From the NCBI GenBank assembly GCA_963841435.1, contig CAWJCS010000002.1, positions 800,001-864,000 on the forward strand: a stretch of 64,000 nucleotides of DNA, written 5' to 3'. The notes beneath the pieces are model-generated. The model saw only the letters and a program-made list of their open reading frames with translations. It was not told the origin of the DNA and made no database searches. This document shows, one piece after another, positions 1-12,364 of this stretch (the first letter of the stretch is position 1; the number at the start of each line of letters is the position of its first letter). This stretch comes from an uncultured delta proteobacterium. Its GTDB lineage: Bacteria > Myxococcota_A > Polyangia > Polyangiales > Polyangiaceae. A program made the translations under genes and the position numbers.

Positions 1-8
1 CGGTTCTC

Positions 9-1187
9 GTGGGCCATTTCGCCCCGCTACCGGACTACGCGTCGATGGATCTTTCCGGACAGGCCGTCGTCTACCGGAAGAGCACGGGCGACACCGTCAT
101 TTCCATTCAGGTGCTGGGCCTCGAGGCTTCCACCGAGTACCAGAGCCACGTTCACAATCAGCCGTGCGCCGTGAGCGCAGGCGGGCACTACCTGCGCGAT
201 CCCGCAGCCGCGGCCGGCGAGTCGAACGAGATCTGGCTCCCCTTCCAGTCGGGCGCCGACGGCGTCGGCTCTACCGAGGTGACGGTGCCGCATGCGCTCC
301 GCGGCGACGCCCTGTCGATCGTGGTGCACGAGCCCACGAGCGGCAACAAGATGGTGTGCGCGGACCTGAGCCTGAGCTCGGACGCAACGCCCGCGGCGCA
401 CGGAACCTTCAAGGCCTTCGCCGCAGCCGAGACGCTGGACCAGACGATCGGAGGCACGGCCACGCTCGAGCGTTCCACCGCCGGCACCACGGTGACGCTC
501 GGCGTCACGGGCCTCGACCCGGCGTCCATGTACATGAGTCACGTGCACCAGTATCCGTGCGATGTGAGCGATGCCGGCGGCCACTACAAGATCGACCCGA
601 CCGTCATGACCGCCGACGAGGCCAACGAGCTCTGGCCGGACCTCGGCGACACCACCGCTGGAACGGCCACGGGTATGACCACTTTCACGCACCGCGCCCG
701 CCTGGACGGCGCCTCCGTCGTGATCCACCGCACCTCCGCCGACATGGCGCCGAAGGTGGCCTGCGCGACCTTGCTGCCCGACGCCTTCCCCGACGTCGAA
801 GCGAAGGGCATCGGCGAGCAGCTGCCGGCGGCCAGCCCCAACTACACGGCGCTCGAAGCGACCGCCGAGCTCGTCCGCGGCGTCGACGGGACGACGAAGG
901 TGCACGTTGCTGCAGCGGGCCTCATGGCCGCCGTCACGTATCCGGCGCACGTCCACGATCGTCCCTGCAGCGTGGATAGTGGCGGAGCGCACTACGTGCG
1001 CGACAAGGCCGGAGCCGCCGGCGAGATGAACGAGCTCTGGATGATGCTCGACGGCAGCTCGGCTCCCATGGCCGAGGCTTCGCTTACCGTGGCACACCTC
1101 GCCGCCGCCGACGCGCGCTCGATCGTCATCCACGACCCGGGCTCGGACCCGGCCAACGCGCGCCTGATCTGCATCGATCTCGAGTGA
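9..1187 (+). CDS. Protein with three tandem Cu/Zn-superoxide-dismutase-like domains (probably 5'-truncated by the window edge)
   Basis: Three repeats of HVH..PC....GGHY/GAHY...NE(I/L)W...S(I/V)V(V/I)H...(K/R)..CA/CI; frame is open to the start of the window. Confidence 0.75.
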   Translation: MGHFAPLPDYASMDLSGQAVVYRKSTGDTVISIQVLGLEASTEYQSHVHNQPCAVSAGGHYLRDPAAAAGESNEIWLPFQSGADGVGSTEVTVPHALRGDALSIVVHEPTSGNKMVCADLSLSSDATPAAHGTFKAFAAAETLDQTIGGTATLERSTAGTTVTLGVTGLDPASMYMSHVHQYPCDVSDAGGHYKIDPTVMTADEANELWPDLGDTTAGTATGMTTFTHRARLDGASVVIHRTSADMAPKVACATLLPDAFPDVEAKGIGEQLPAASPNYTALEATAELVRGVDGTTKVHVAAAGLMAAVTYPAHVHDRPCSVDSGGAHYVRDKAGAAGEMNELWMMLDGSSAPMAEASLTVAHLAAADARSIVIHDPGSDPANARLICIDLE

Positions 1188-1638
1188 GGCGCGCAGACGC
1201 CGGCGGGGTTCGGCGCTTCACGGCGGGCTCGCGCGCCGCATCGGCGGGCTTCAGCGCCTCAAAGCACCGCGTAGCCGCGCAGGCACGTTTCGAGCGTCGT
1301 CTCTTCGTCGAAGCAGGAAACGCTGATCGGAAAAGGAACGTCGGGGATGCACCCCCACCCTTCCGGCGCCGCCTGGTTGTTGCAGATCGTATTCGAGATC
1401 GGCGAGTCGATCGGATCCAGCTCGGCAAAGATTGCCGTAGCGCTTCATGCACTCGGGCCGTACGGGATCCACGTAGGTGCACTCCGCGCAGCAGTCCTCG
1501 TAGCTCTGGCAGCCGGGGAGAGTGGCGCCGGCCGCGCACATCGTCGCGCAGTCCTTCGCGAGCGGTGTGCCGCAGGCGTGCCTACGCTCGGCGGGTGCGC
1601 GGCTTGCGACCCACCCACCCCGGCATTCGTCGGTCGCG

Positions 1639-2334
1639 TCAGGCCGATACGGCGATGCGCCCGAGTGATTCGAGTCGGAACGTTCCACTCCGCGAGCGTG
1701 CGTAGTGCAGCCGGGACTCTTCCTCGATGACCCGCGCGCGCAGCGCCGCACGCCCCGAGGTGCAAAACTTGCGGAAGATTGCGCCCATCTGATTCGCGAC
1801 CGTTCGCGGTGACGTGCTGCGCTCGGCAGCCATTTCCTGATGCGTCTTACCCTCCATCACGAGGCGCAGCACGTCGCTCTCGCCCGGGCTCAGGCGCGCC
1901 GCGAGCTCGGCGCCTGGAAGCTCTGCGCTGGCAATCCGCACGCCGTCCGCACGTTTTTCGAGCAGCGCCGGCGGAGGCGCAAGACCCCGCGCCGCGAGCG
2001 CCGCCATGACCAACAGGATGGGGGTGCGCGAGATTGGCGCGGACGCTCCCAGCGCTCGCAGCGCGCTGGCGCTCCGTACGGAAAGGGCGGCCAGGGACAA
2101 GCCGATGTCCGCGGCAACGACCTTCTGCGGCGCGCCCGACAGGAGTCGTTCGAGCGCGTCGCGCGTGTTGGGTCGGAGCATGGGTCGCGCCGGATCGCAT
2201 GTCGCAAGGACCCCGAAGCAACGGCCGTCGCGATGGGCGGTCGCAGTCAGCGTCACTTTGCCATCGACCAGTGAGCGCCAAAGCTCGCCGAGGTCGAGCT
2301 CTTCCACTATCGTTCGAGTGAGCAGCGGTTCCAC
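1639..2334 (-). CDS. LuxR-type helix-turn-helix transcriptional regulator
   Basis: C-terminal LSPGESDVLRLVMEGKTHQEMAAERSTSPRTVANQMGAIFRK LuxR HTH; second degenerate HTH near the N-terminus. Confidence 0.8.
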   Translation of the reverse strand: MEPLLTRTIVEELDLGELWRSLVDGKVTLTATAHRDGRCFGVLATCDPARPMLRPNTRDALERLLSGAPQKVVAADIGLSLAALSVRSASALRALGASAPISRTPILLVMAALAARGLAPPPALLEKRADGVRIASAELPGAELAARLSPGESDVLRLVMEGKTHQEMAAERSTSPRTVANQMGAIFRKFCTSGRAALRARVIEEESRLHYARSRSGTFRLESLGRIAVSA

Positions 2335-2346
2335 GCTGCACGGGGG

Positions 2347-2362
2347 AGCAAGGCCCGTGCCG
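2347..2362 (-). promoter_or_regulatory. sigma54 (-24/-12) promoter of the LuxR-type gene
   Basis: Minus strand reads CGGCACGGGCCTTGCT = GG-N10-GC with CAC and TTGC, just upstream of the gene start at 2334. Confidence 0.7.
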
Positions 2363-2539
2363 GGCGGATTCCGCCCCCATCCGTGCAGGGCCCTTCACAC
2401 TTCGGCACGCTCATGCCCTCGAGGTGTGAGGCGTTCGACACACTTCGCCGTGCAGCGGCCTGCACACCAACGCTGTTATGCCCCCGGGTCCTCCGGGCAG
2501 GCTCTGCGCCGTTGCGGGGAACGCTCTCGAGGGAGGGCG

Positions 2540-4013
<1,474 letters not shown>

Positions 4014-4061
4014 GCTAGAAGGCGAGAATACTACAGCTCATCGTGTCTTTGACCGACTCCG

Positions 4062-4937
4062 ATGCCCGAACCCGGCGCCCAACTGCATCACTACGAAGTC
4101 GAAGCGCTCGTCGGAGTGGGGGGAACGAGCGGCGTCTGGTCGGCGCGGGACACGCGTACGGGTGAGCCAGTCGCGCTGAAGCTCTTGCGCACGAGCGCAA
4201 CGCTGGAGGACGCGGCGGGCGAGCGACTCCTGCGAGAGGCCCGCGCCTCACGAGCTGTCTCGCATCCGGCGGTCGTGCCCGTACGGGACGTGTTTCTCCA
4301 CCAGGGCGCTCCGGTGCTCGTGATGGAGCTGCTCCAGGGGGAAACGTTGAGGCAGCGCTTCAATCGCGAGGGTCGGCTGACCCTCGGACAGGCCGCGGCG
4401 CTGCTCCTGCCGATCGGAGAGGCGCTGGTCGAGGCGCATCGCTCGGGGATCGCACACCGTGATCTCAAACCGGAGAACATCTTTTTGCAGCTCCCGAGCC
4501 CCGATGCAGAGCGTCCCGCGGTGCGTTTGCTCGATTTTGGTGTGGCGCGGTTCTACGAACCCCCGCCCGGTAGCGATCTCGTCCCCATCACGGGGCTCGA
4601 GGTATTGCTCGGCACGCTTTCCTACATGGCTCCGGAGCAAGCGCTACGACCCGCCGAGTGTGATCAGCGGGTTGACGTGTGGTCGTTCGGAGTGACCTTG
4701 TACGAAGCATTGGCCGGGTGCCGCCCCATCGAAGGGGAGAGCCCCCAGGACACCCTGCGCCAGCTGCTCCTTGGCGGAGTGGTTCCGCTGGGGGTGCTGG
4801 TCCCCGATTTGCCGGATGATGTTGCGGGCTTTCGTCCCAGCTCCTCGTCAGGAACCCGGCGGCGCGGGCCCCCGATCTGCAGCAAGCGGTCGAGGTGCTC
4901 GGCCGCTACCTCGAGCATTCGTGAAAAAATGACGTGA
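4062..4937 (+). CDS. Hanks-type Ser/Thr protein kinase (C-terminus probably frameshifted)
   Basis: GVGGTSGV, VALK, HRDLKPEN, DFG, GTLSYMAPE, DVWSFG. Confidence 0.9.
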   Translation: MPEPGAQLHHYEVEALVGVGGTSGVWSARDTRTGEPVALKLLRTSATLEDAAGERLLREARASRAVSHPAVVPVRDVFLHQGAPVLVMELLQGETLRQRFNREGRLTLGQAAALLLPIGEALVEAHRSGIAHRDLKPENIFLQLPSPDAERPAVRLLDFGVARFYEPPPGSDLVPITGLEVLLGTLSYMAPEQALRPAECDQRVDVWSFGVTLYEALAGCRPIEGESPQDTLRQLLLGGVVPLGVLVPDLPDDVAGFRPSSSSGTRRRGPPICSKRSRCSAATSSIREKMT

Positions 4938-4996
4938 TCGCCGCCCGGCGCGACCCCTTTCGGTCCGGCCGGCGGCTCCCCTATAATTGTGCCACC

Positions 4997-6510
4997 TTGA
5001 GCGCAGGGCCGGATCTCGCAGGGTCGGTGATCGCCGAGCGGTACGAGCTCGTGCGCCTGATTGGTCGCGGCGGGATGGGGTCCGTCTACGAGGCCCGCCA
5101 CACCGGCACCCACAAGCGCTGCGCCGTCAAGGTCCTGAGCTCGTTCGAGCTTTCGGCCGACGCCGAGCTCACGAAGCGTTTCTTTGGGAGGCCCGCGCGA
5201 GCGGGCTCATCGAGAGCCCCCATGTCGTTGCTGCCTACGACTCGGGCATCGATTCTGCCGGTCTGGTCTATTACGTCATGGACTGCCTGCGCGGGGAGGA
5301 TCTCGCGCAGACCCTGAAGAAGGTCGGCGCCCTCGCTCCGGTTGCCGCGATCAAGGTCGTCGTTCAGGCGGCGGCAGGGCTCGCTTGCGCCCACGAGCTC
5401 GGCGTGATCCACCGCGACGTGAAGCCGGCCAATCTCTTCTTGGCGCGCGGACCGGACGACGACGTGACCGTCAAGGTCCTCGACTTCGGCGTCGCCAAGG
5501 TGAGGATGCAGATCTTCGGTGAGAGCGGCAACACGCTCACCCACGGCGGGGCCCTGCTCGGCACCCCGCAGTACATGTCGCCGGAGCAGCTCAAGCGCGC
5601 GTCCTCGATCGAGGAGACCACCGACGTTTGGTCGCTGGCCGTCGTGCTCTTTCATTGCTTGACCGGAACGCTGCCCTGGGGTGAGGCCGAATCCATGGGC
5701 GAGTTGATTGCTGCCGTGCTGACGGCCCCGATCCCCTCCGTTCAGGATCTCGCTCCCTGGGTCCCCGCGTCGCTCGCGCGCGTCGTCCGCGAGGGGCTCG
5801 TGCGCGACCCAAAAGGACGAACGGCGAGCGCCCTGGAGCTAAGGGACGCCCTTCAGCAGCTCTTGCCGGGACCGGCCACGCTCCGCTGGGAGGAACTCAC
5901 GGGGCCCTCGGGCACCGAGCGCAGCGTGCCTGCCGCGCGCCTCGCGCTCGCCGACACGCTGAGCCAGACGACCCATAGCGACGCGCCGGTCGTGCGCGAG
6001 CGAAGGCGAGGCGTTTCACCCGCATTGCGGTGGCCTCTGTACGCGCTCTCGCTGGCAGGTGCGGGCGGGCTCGCCGGTTGGGCGCTCGTTTCGACTCCAG
6101 GCTCGAAAACACCGACCGCCCCGGCGGCCGGTGTGACGACGAGACCAGCCTCGGTTTCGGTCCCTCCGACGACCCCGTCCAGTGACCCGGCCGTGCGCCG
6201 ATACCCGCTCGACATCGAACCGCCCGAAGCCGTCGTCGAGGTTGACGGCGAGCCCGTCGCGGTGCGTGACGGGCAAGTGATCATCGTGGGGCAGGTGGGG
6301 TCGGTCCACGCCGTCTCGGCCGCGTTTGCCGGCCGCAGCGCCGAGCAGCGCGTCGCGATCACGATGGAAGCGCTCGTGCCCTCGCGCGTTGCGGTTGCTC
6401 GGGACAAGCCGCGACGCAAGGAGTCGCGACCACCCGAATCGGTCCCGGTGAGTTCGTTGACTGCACCAGCCCCGTCGATGGCCGCCGAACTCTCTCAGAA
6501 ATTCGAGTAG
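4997..6510 (+). CDS. Membrane-anchored Ser/Thr protein kinase with PEGA-like C-terminus (frameshift near 5185)
   Basis: GRGGMGSVY/AVKVL in frame 4934, then HRDVKPAN, DFG, GTPQYMSPE, a TM segment and IEPPEAVVEVDG in frame 4987; TATAAT at 4982-4987. Confidence 0.9.
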
Positions 6511-6531
6511 CTCTGCTAGGGTGCTCGAGCG

Positions 6532-8328
6532 ATGTCGGTATCGCTGCCCACCCGGGGGGGGTGGCTTCGAGGGCTCGCTCTCGTGGTCGGGCTGCATTTG
6601 CCGGCGAAACACGCTGCGGCTCAGGCGGCGCCCACTGACGGCAACACCACGGGCAACCAGACTCCCGAGGATGACCGAGCGCGGCGTGCAGAAGCCGAGG
6701 CGCACTTTTCGCGGGGCCTTGCCCTCGGCAACACCGGTGACGGCTGGGAGGCGGCGCTCGCGGAGTTCCAGGAATCGCGCCGGCTCTTCCCGACTCGCAG
6801 CGCGACGCGCAACGCGGCTATCGCGTCTCAGGCTCTCGGTCACTACGCCGACGCGCTGGAGCTCTACGACGTGCTCGTGAGCGACTTCGGGGCCGAAATG
6901 TCCGACGCCGAGCGGGAGGGGCTCGAAGCCGAGCGCCGCGCGTTGCTCGCCCACTTCGGGCAAGTCGTCGTGCGCGTCGGGGAGGCGGGCGTGCGCGTCG
7001 TCGTCGATGGCCGCAGCCGGGGCGTGAGCCCCTATCCGGGCCGCTCTGGCTCCAGGCCGGTTCGCACGTCGTGCACTTCGAAAAGCTCGGTTTCGAAGCT
7101 CAGGATCACCGCATCGTCGTTACGGCGGAAAGCAGCCGCGCGCTCGCGGTCGAGATGGCGCCGCTCGCAGGAGCGCGGACGCTCGTCGTCACCGAGGCTG
7201 CGAATCGACGGCTCGACGTTGTGCTTGACGCCGCCGTCGTCGGGGTGACGCCCTGGCGCGGCGTCGTTTCCCCGGGGCTGCACTCGTGGCACTCCGTGGT
7301 CACCGGCTCGGGACGGCACCGACCGCGGTTGACTTCGGAGCGCGGCGGTCCGAGACGCTCACGTTGCGGGCGGTGACGCTCGACGCCGAGGCCACGGTGG
7401 TCCTCGAGCCTGAAAAGTCGGCGGTCTACGTCGATGGGCAGTTCGCCGGGATGGGCAAGTGGTCGGGAGGCCTGCCGAGCGGCACTCACCACTTCGACGT
7501 TCTCGCGCCCGGCTATCTGCCATTTCGCCGTGACCTCCGGCTGAACCCGGGCACGAAGACGTCGTGATGGCGCGCCTGCCCCCGAACCCGCCGCGCGATG
7601 CGTCGCCGCGCTTCTACGTCGAGCCGAACGCGGCGCTGATCCTCGCGCGGAGCTTGCGCGGCAGCACCGACGCTGCCTGCGACTGCCCGACGCGGTCACG
7701 GCCGTTCGGCTGGTCGGCTTCGGCACGGGTCGGCTACTCGCTGCTGCGCCGTCTGGCTGCCGAGCTCGGGGGCGGCTACCTCACGCTGAAGGAGCGTTCG
7801 ACGCGCACCGTGGCCGCGGGCAGCGAGCCCGGCACGTTCGGCTTCCATTCGACCGACGAGCGCGACTCGGTGGCATTTCGGCCTGTTCCTGCAAGCCGGT
7901 GTGGCCGCGCGTTTCTTTCGCACGTATCCGCTCACCGCGCGCCTCTCGGCCGGCACTGCCCTCGTCAACGCAGAGCTCGGCAACGGCGGAACCCTCACGG
8001 GGCTCGTCTACGACGACGGTGCCGGGGTGTGGGCAACCGCGACGGGCCGTTTGGCCGTCCCGGAGTCGAGCGCGTGGGTGTTGCTCCCTTTCACCTCCAC
8101 CGAGCTCAGACTGGGCGTGCCTTGACGTTGCGGTTGAGCGCCGACCTGGGTATTGCCATGACCCTGTACCTGCCTCCGAAGGTGGTGCGATCGGGCCGTA
8201 CCGGCTTGCTGAGCGGCGTGAGCGCGCCCGAGCGCTACGGCGCCGGAGTGCTCACTCTCCCGGACGAGCGGGCCCTGCGTGCGTTCATCGCCCTCGTCCC
8301 GTCCGTCGGCCTACGGCTGGAGCTTTGA
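6532..8328 (+). CDS. Secreted TPR + PEGA domain protein with beta-barrel-like C-terminus (multiple frameshifts)
   Basis: Signal peptide, AEAHFSRGLAL...AALAEFQES TPR, VVVDGRSRGVSP and VYVDGQFAG PEGA repeats, ends VGLRLEL; follows the kinase as is typical in myxobacteria. Confidence 0.75.
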
Positions 8329-9713
8329 GCAGCCTTGCCTCAGAAGGGCTCGGGTCCATCTGCTTGGGCAACAGTGAGCGAAGCGCCCTGGTCACACTCT
8401 CTTCGGGGTAAGGCTTGCCGGCGGAGAGCACGGACCCGTCTCCCTTTCCATCGACCGACAGCACCGGCACGAACTGTCGAGGCTGGCCCTCCGGCTCCAG
8501 GATGATGAAGTAGCGATTCAACTGAGGAACTTTCAGTACCTTCGGCGGCTTGCCCTTCTCGCTCACCGTCATCTGCCCGTGAGCGAGAGCGCCGAGCGCG
8601 CTCTGGATTGCCGCGGCGGCCCCCTTGTTCCCGTAAGCTATTGGGTACCACGACGCTTGCCGGCGCAGCACCTCCATCATCCCGCGTGCTTTGCCGTCGA
8701 GCAGGAATAGGTACGTGGCGAGCGCGGGATTCGACGCGACGGCAGGGTACCGAGGTGCTCGTGGCAAGCTGGGGGAGCACCACTCGACGATGTCGAGTTG
8801 CTCGGCGACGAGATTGCCGCGGCAGCGGTCCTTCGCCTCCGCGGCGGTCAATCCGAGGCTCTCCGGGTGGGTGACGCGAGCATGCAAGCCCGCCGAGCCG
8901 AGGTCAACGGCCAGCTCGAGTGTCGCGAAGCCTTGAGCGGCAGCGGTGGAGGGCTCGCAGGCGGCACGTTGAGCCACGTGGTGCAGGCCGGTGCCGTCGC
9001 CGTGCCGTCTCCCCCTGGCTTCTTTCGCCGGAGTCGGTGGCGCACTGGCCGCCACACGCCGCAAGCTTGTATATGTCTTTGCCATTCGCCGGCCGGGGAC
9101 GCCAAGCTCGTAGTCCGCGTACTCGTGCCACCAGTAGGCGCCGGGCTCGGCCGGGTCGTAGGTCTCGAGGAGGCGGTCGCCGTTGACGGTCTTGCAACCG
9201 GTCGCGATGAACATGTGGGCGGAGGGTTGCGGACCGTAGGAATGCTCTTCGACGAGGCCGAGCGGCCGCCCCCCATAGAGCTCGTCCGTGACGTTGCTCC
9301 AGCTCGGCCAGCGGTCCTCGTGGACCGTCACCGAGAACCGTGTGGCGTAAACTTGGGAAACTCGGGACGATCACACTGCTCTGGTCGGGGCACGCTGCAG
9401 CAATCGAGGGGTGTGCCGCCGGGGGCAAGGCGTCGTTCGCAAAGTCGCACTGACGAAGCTCGTTCTTTCTGTCGGCTGCGAGGAACGATGTGAGCATCGA
9501 GGCGCTCGCGGCCCAGCACCACAACGGTTCCTCTTGCGTGTGCGTCTCGACCGGCAGCACTAGGCCCTCTTCGCAGGCCGCGGACCCAGATCCGAGTGAA
9601 GCTGTCTGGGGCGCGCGCGGTGGCGGGCACCCGCAGCTGCAGCTCACCGCCAAGACGGCCGTTGAGAACAGGAGCCCCCCGAGCGCCAAGGTTCCGTTTC
9701 CGTTTGCGTACAT
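8285..9713 (-). CDS. Papain-like cysteine protease lipoprotein (C39/C70-like), frameshifted
   Basis: Signal peptide ending LAVSCSCGC; QEEPLWCWAASASM (Q, catalytic Cys), AHMFIATG (His), TYDP (Asp); RBS GAGGAG before ATG 9713. Confidence 0.7.
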
Positions 9714-9903
9714 GGCTCCTCGCCTGTGCCAGTGAGCGTCGTGGCCGCACCTGGCCACGCCGGCGCCGTTTGGCAAGCGTTGATTGACAAATGACCATGC
9801 TGGTGATCTCGTGTCACGAAACCCGCGGGCAGAGGCGAAAAATCATTGCCATGGGCTGGACGGATGCGCGGGGTTATCCCTTGCTGAGTGATCGACTCGG
9901 GCC

Positions 9904-11968
9904 ATGTTTCCGATTAGCCGCCAAACGCCCGTCCTGGTGCTTGCACTGTGCGTGGGCGGTTGTCAGCTCGATCGGGCAGAAAGCGTTTCGCGGGACGTTG
10001 CTTCTGCGGGCGCCAAGTCTCCGGTCCCGGGAACCGCGGATCTCGAGCCGCTCGTGGTACCGACCCTGGTCGGCGAGAGCGAGTACGGCTGGGCGTTGGC
10101 GCTGTCCGGTAATCTCGTGTTGGTCGGCGCCCCGGCGGCTGTCGTGAACGAGGTCGATTCGGGTGCGGTGTACGCGTTCAGTCGAAGCGCGGGAAGCTGG
10201 ACGGGCGTGGGGACGCTCCTGCCCGTGTCGCCGACTTCGGGGCAGCGCTTCGGCGTGACCGTGGCCGTTGCGGGCGAGCTCGCTGCCGTCACTTCGATGC
10301 CGTTGACGAGCGGCACGCCGTCGTCAACGGGGCAGGGAGTTTGGCTGTTTACGCCGGAAGGGGGCGACTGGTCGAGCAGGCTGCTCGCGCGGCCCGTGGA
10401 GTCGGCTGGCGACTCGGAGTATGGAATCAGCCTCCAGCTCGATTCCTCGACGCTGGTCGTTGGCGCTCCGAGCACGAAAGAGGCAGGGCGTGTGTACGTT
10501 TTCGACGGGGATTTCTCGAGCTTCGGCGCCGCCCAGACACTCGAACCGGCCGAGCCAACGGTCGGCGGGCAATTCGGATACGCGCTCGCCCTCGACGGTA
10601 ATCGGCTGGTGATCGGCGCACCGGGCGAGGATGGCGTCGGCGCCGCGTACGTCTTCGAGCGCGCCGGCACGACGGACGCGCAGGGCAGGCAGTGGCACTC
10701 GGTGCAGCGGCTCGATGCCCCCGCGGGAACCGCTATGTCGTTCGGCAAGGTCGTTGCCGCCAGGGGCAATCAATTGTTCGTTGCGGCCCCGAAGGATTGA
10801 GACGGCGAAGGTGTCCTCTACGTTCTCTCGCAGTCGCGGGGGGTTTGGTCCGTCACGAAGACAGTCGCCGCGGAAGGAGCCGAGCCCAATGACTACTTCG
10901 GTGCCGCGCTGGCGGTATCCGATACCGAGCTCTACGTGGGCGCCCCGAAAGCGGCCTTCCACGAAATCGTCTCGGGGAGCGTGCACGTGTTCTTGCGGGA
11001 CGGCGAGCTCACCGAGCAGGGCGTGTTGACCCCTCCCTACGCGACCGATTACGAGTACTTCGGCTCGGCGCTGGCGGCGTCCGACCTCCACGCTGATCGT
11101 TGCAGAGAGCGGCGCGGTATTCGCTCGCCTTCCGGGGCTCGGCAGCGAATGCTCCGAGGAGTACGAATGTCGGAGTGGTCACTGCTCCGAGGGCGTCTGC
11201 TGCGACCGTCCTTGCGACGGCGTTTGCGTCTCGTGTCTGGGCGAGAACAAGCAGGGTGGGGATGGCACCACCGGTATCTGCGAGGCCGTCGATGCCGCGA
11301 CGGATCCTCGGGACGACTGCTCCGCTTCGACCGATGCCTGCGGCCAGACGGGTGCGTGCGACGGGCACGGCGCTTGTGCGCTCGCGCTCGCCGGTACGGC
11401 CTGCGGCGATCCCGAGTGCGCGTCGTCGTTCGAATCGGTCGCGGCGGGTTCTTGCGACGGCGCCGGCCGCTGCGCGCTGCCCAAGAAAACGGCGTGCGAC
11501 GTGGGCTACGCGTGCCGGCGCGGCGCGTGCCGGAGCTCTTGCAGCAACGGCCTGGACTGTGACGGTGAAGCAGGCTTTTACTGCTTCGAGAGCAGGTGCG
11601 TGACGGGCGCCCGCTGCTCGCTGGATCGCACGCTGGCTTACGACGACCGCGGGGCGACCACGCGCTGCACGACGCTGCTCTGCGAAAATGGCGCCTGCCT
11701 CGACTCTTGTCGTCGCACGGCGGACTGTGCGGTCGGCCTCGTCTGTGATCCGTACCGAAATGCCTGCGTCAGCGAGGCCGCCCTCGGCGCGGGTCGTACT
11801 GCCACGATCGTGAGCTGTCGTGTCGGAAGAGTCGCGCCGACGCTGGCGGAGCTTTGGTGGCTGCTCTTGGCCGCACCCCTCGCTCGCCGTCGCTTTCGTC
11901 GTCGTCTCGTCCGTGGGGGGCCTAGAACGGCGCCTTCGCTCCACCCCACCGGCCCCAAACCCCCATGA
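9904..11968 (+). CDS. FG-GAP repeat beta-propeller protein with Cys-rich region and MYXO-CTERM-like tail (frameshifted)
   Basis: Repeats YGWALALSGNLVLVGAP / FGYALALDGNRLVIGAP / GAVYAF; Cys-rich segment 11150-11770; C-terminal SCRVG...LWWLLLAAPLARRRFRRR. Confidence 0.75.
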
Positions 11969-11984
11969 GAAGAAGGATCTTACC

Positions 11985-12361
11985 ATGAAATTCACGGCCT
12001 TGCTCACCTCGCTCACGATGCTCGGCGCGGTCGCCTGCTGCTGCTGCCCCGGTTATTCGCCTGCCCAGCCTTCCGGGTATTTGCAGGCGCTTCCGGCGGC
12101 GGATCCTTGGGCATCCCGTATCGCTCGTGCTCGAAGGACAGTGAGTGCACGTCGAAGGCGCTCGTTGACAGCCAAATCGATCCAAAAGGCGATCTCGAGT
12201 ACGAGCTGGGCTGCCAGAGCTCCTATTGCCGCGCCCACTATCGAGCCGGCAAGGTGTGCTTGACCGGCGACACGATCACTTGCGGCAAAGGCTCCGGAGG
12301 CACCACTCCCGCATTCGGTATCTCCACCTGCCAGAAGGCCGGCTGGGGACCGTGCACGTGA
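11985..12361 (+). CDS. Small Cys-rich lipoprotein (one frameshift)
   Basis: MKFTALLTSLTMLGAVACCCCPG signal peptide with lipobox, RBS GAAGGA; Cys-rich continuation in frame 12107-12361. Confidence 0.55.
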
Positions 12362-12364
12362 GCT

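Noticed and set aside
1251-1620. Cys-rich minus-strand ORF between the SOD-like and LuxR genes
   Set aside because: May be a real frameshifted small protein, but start, end and family cannot be supported
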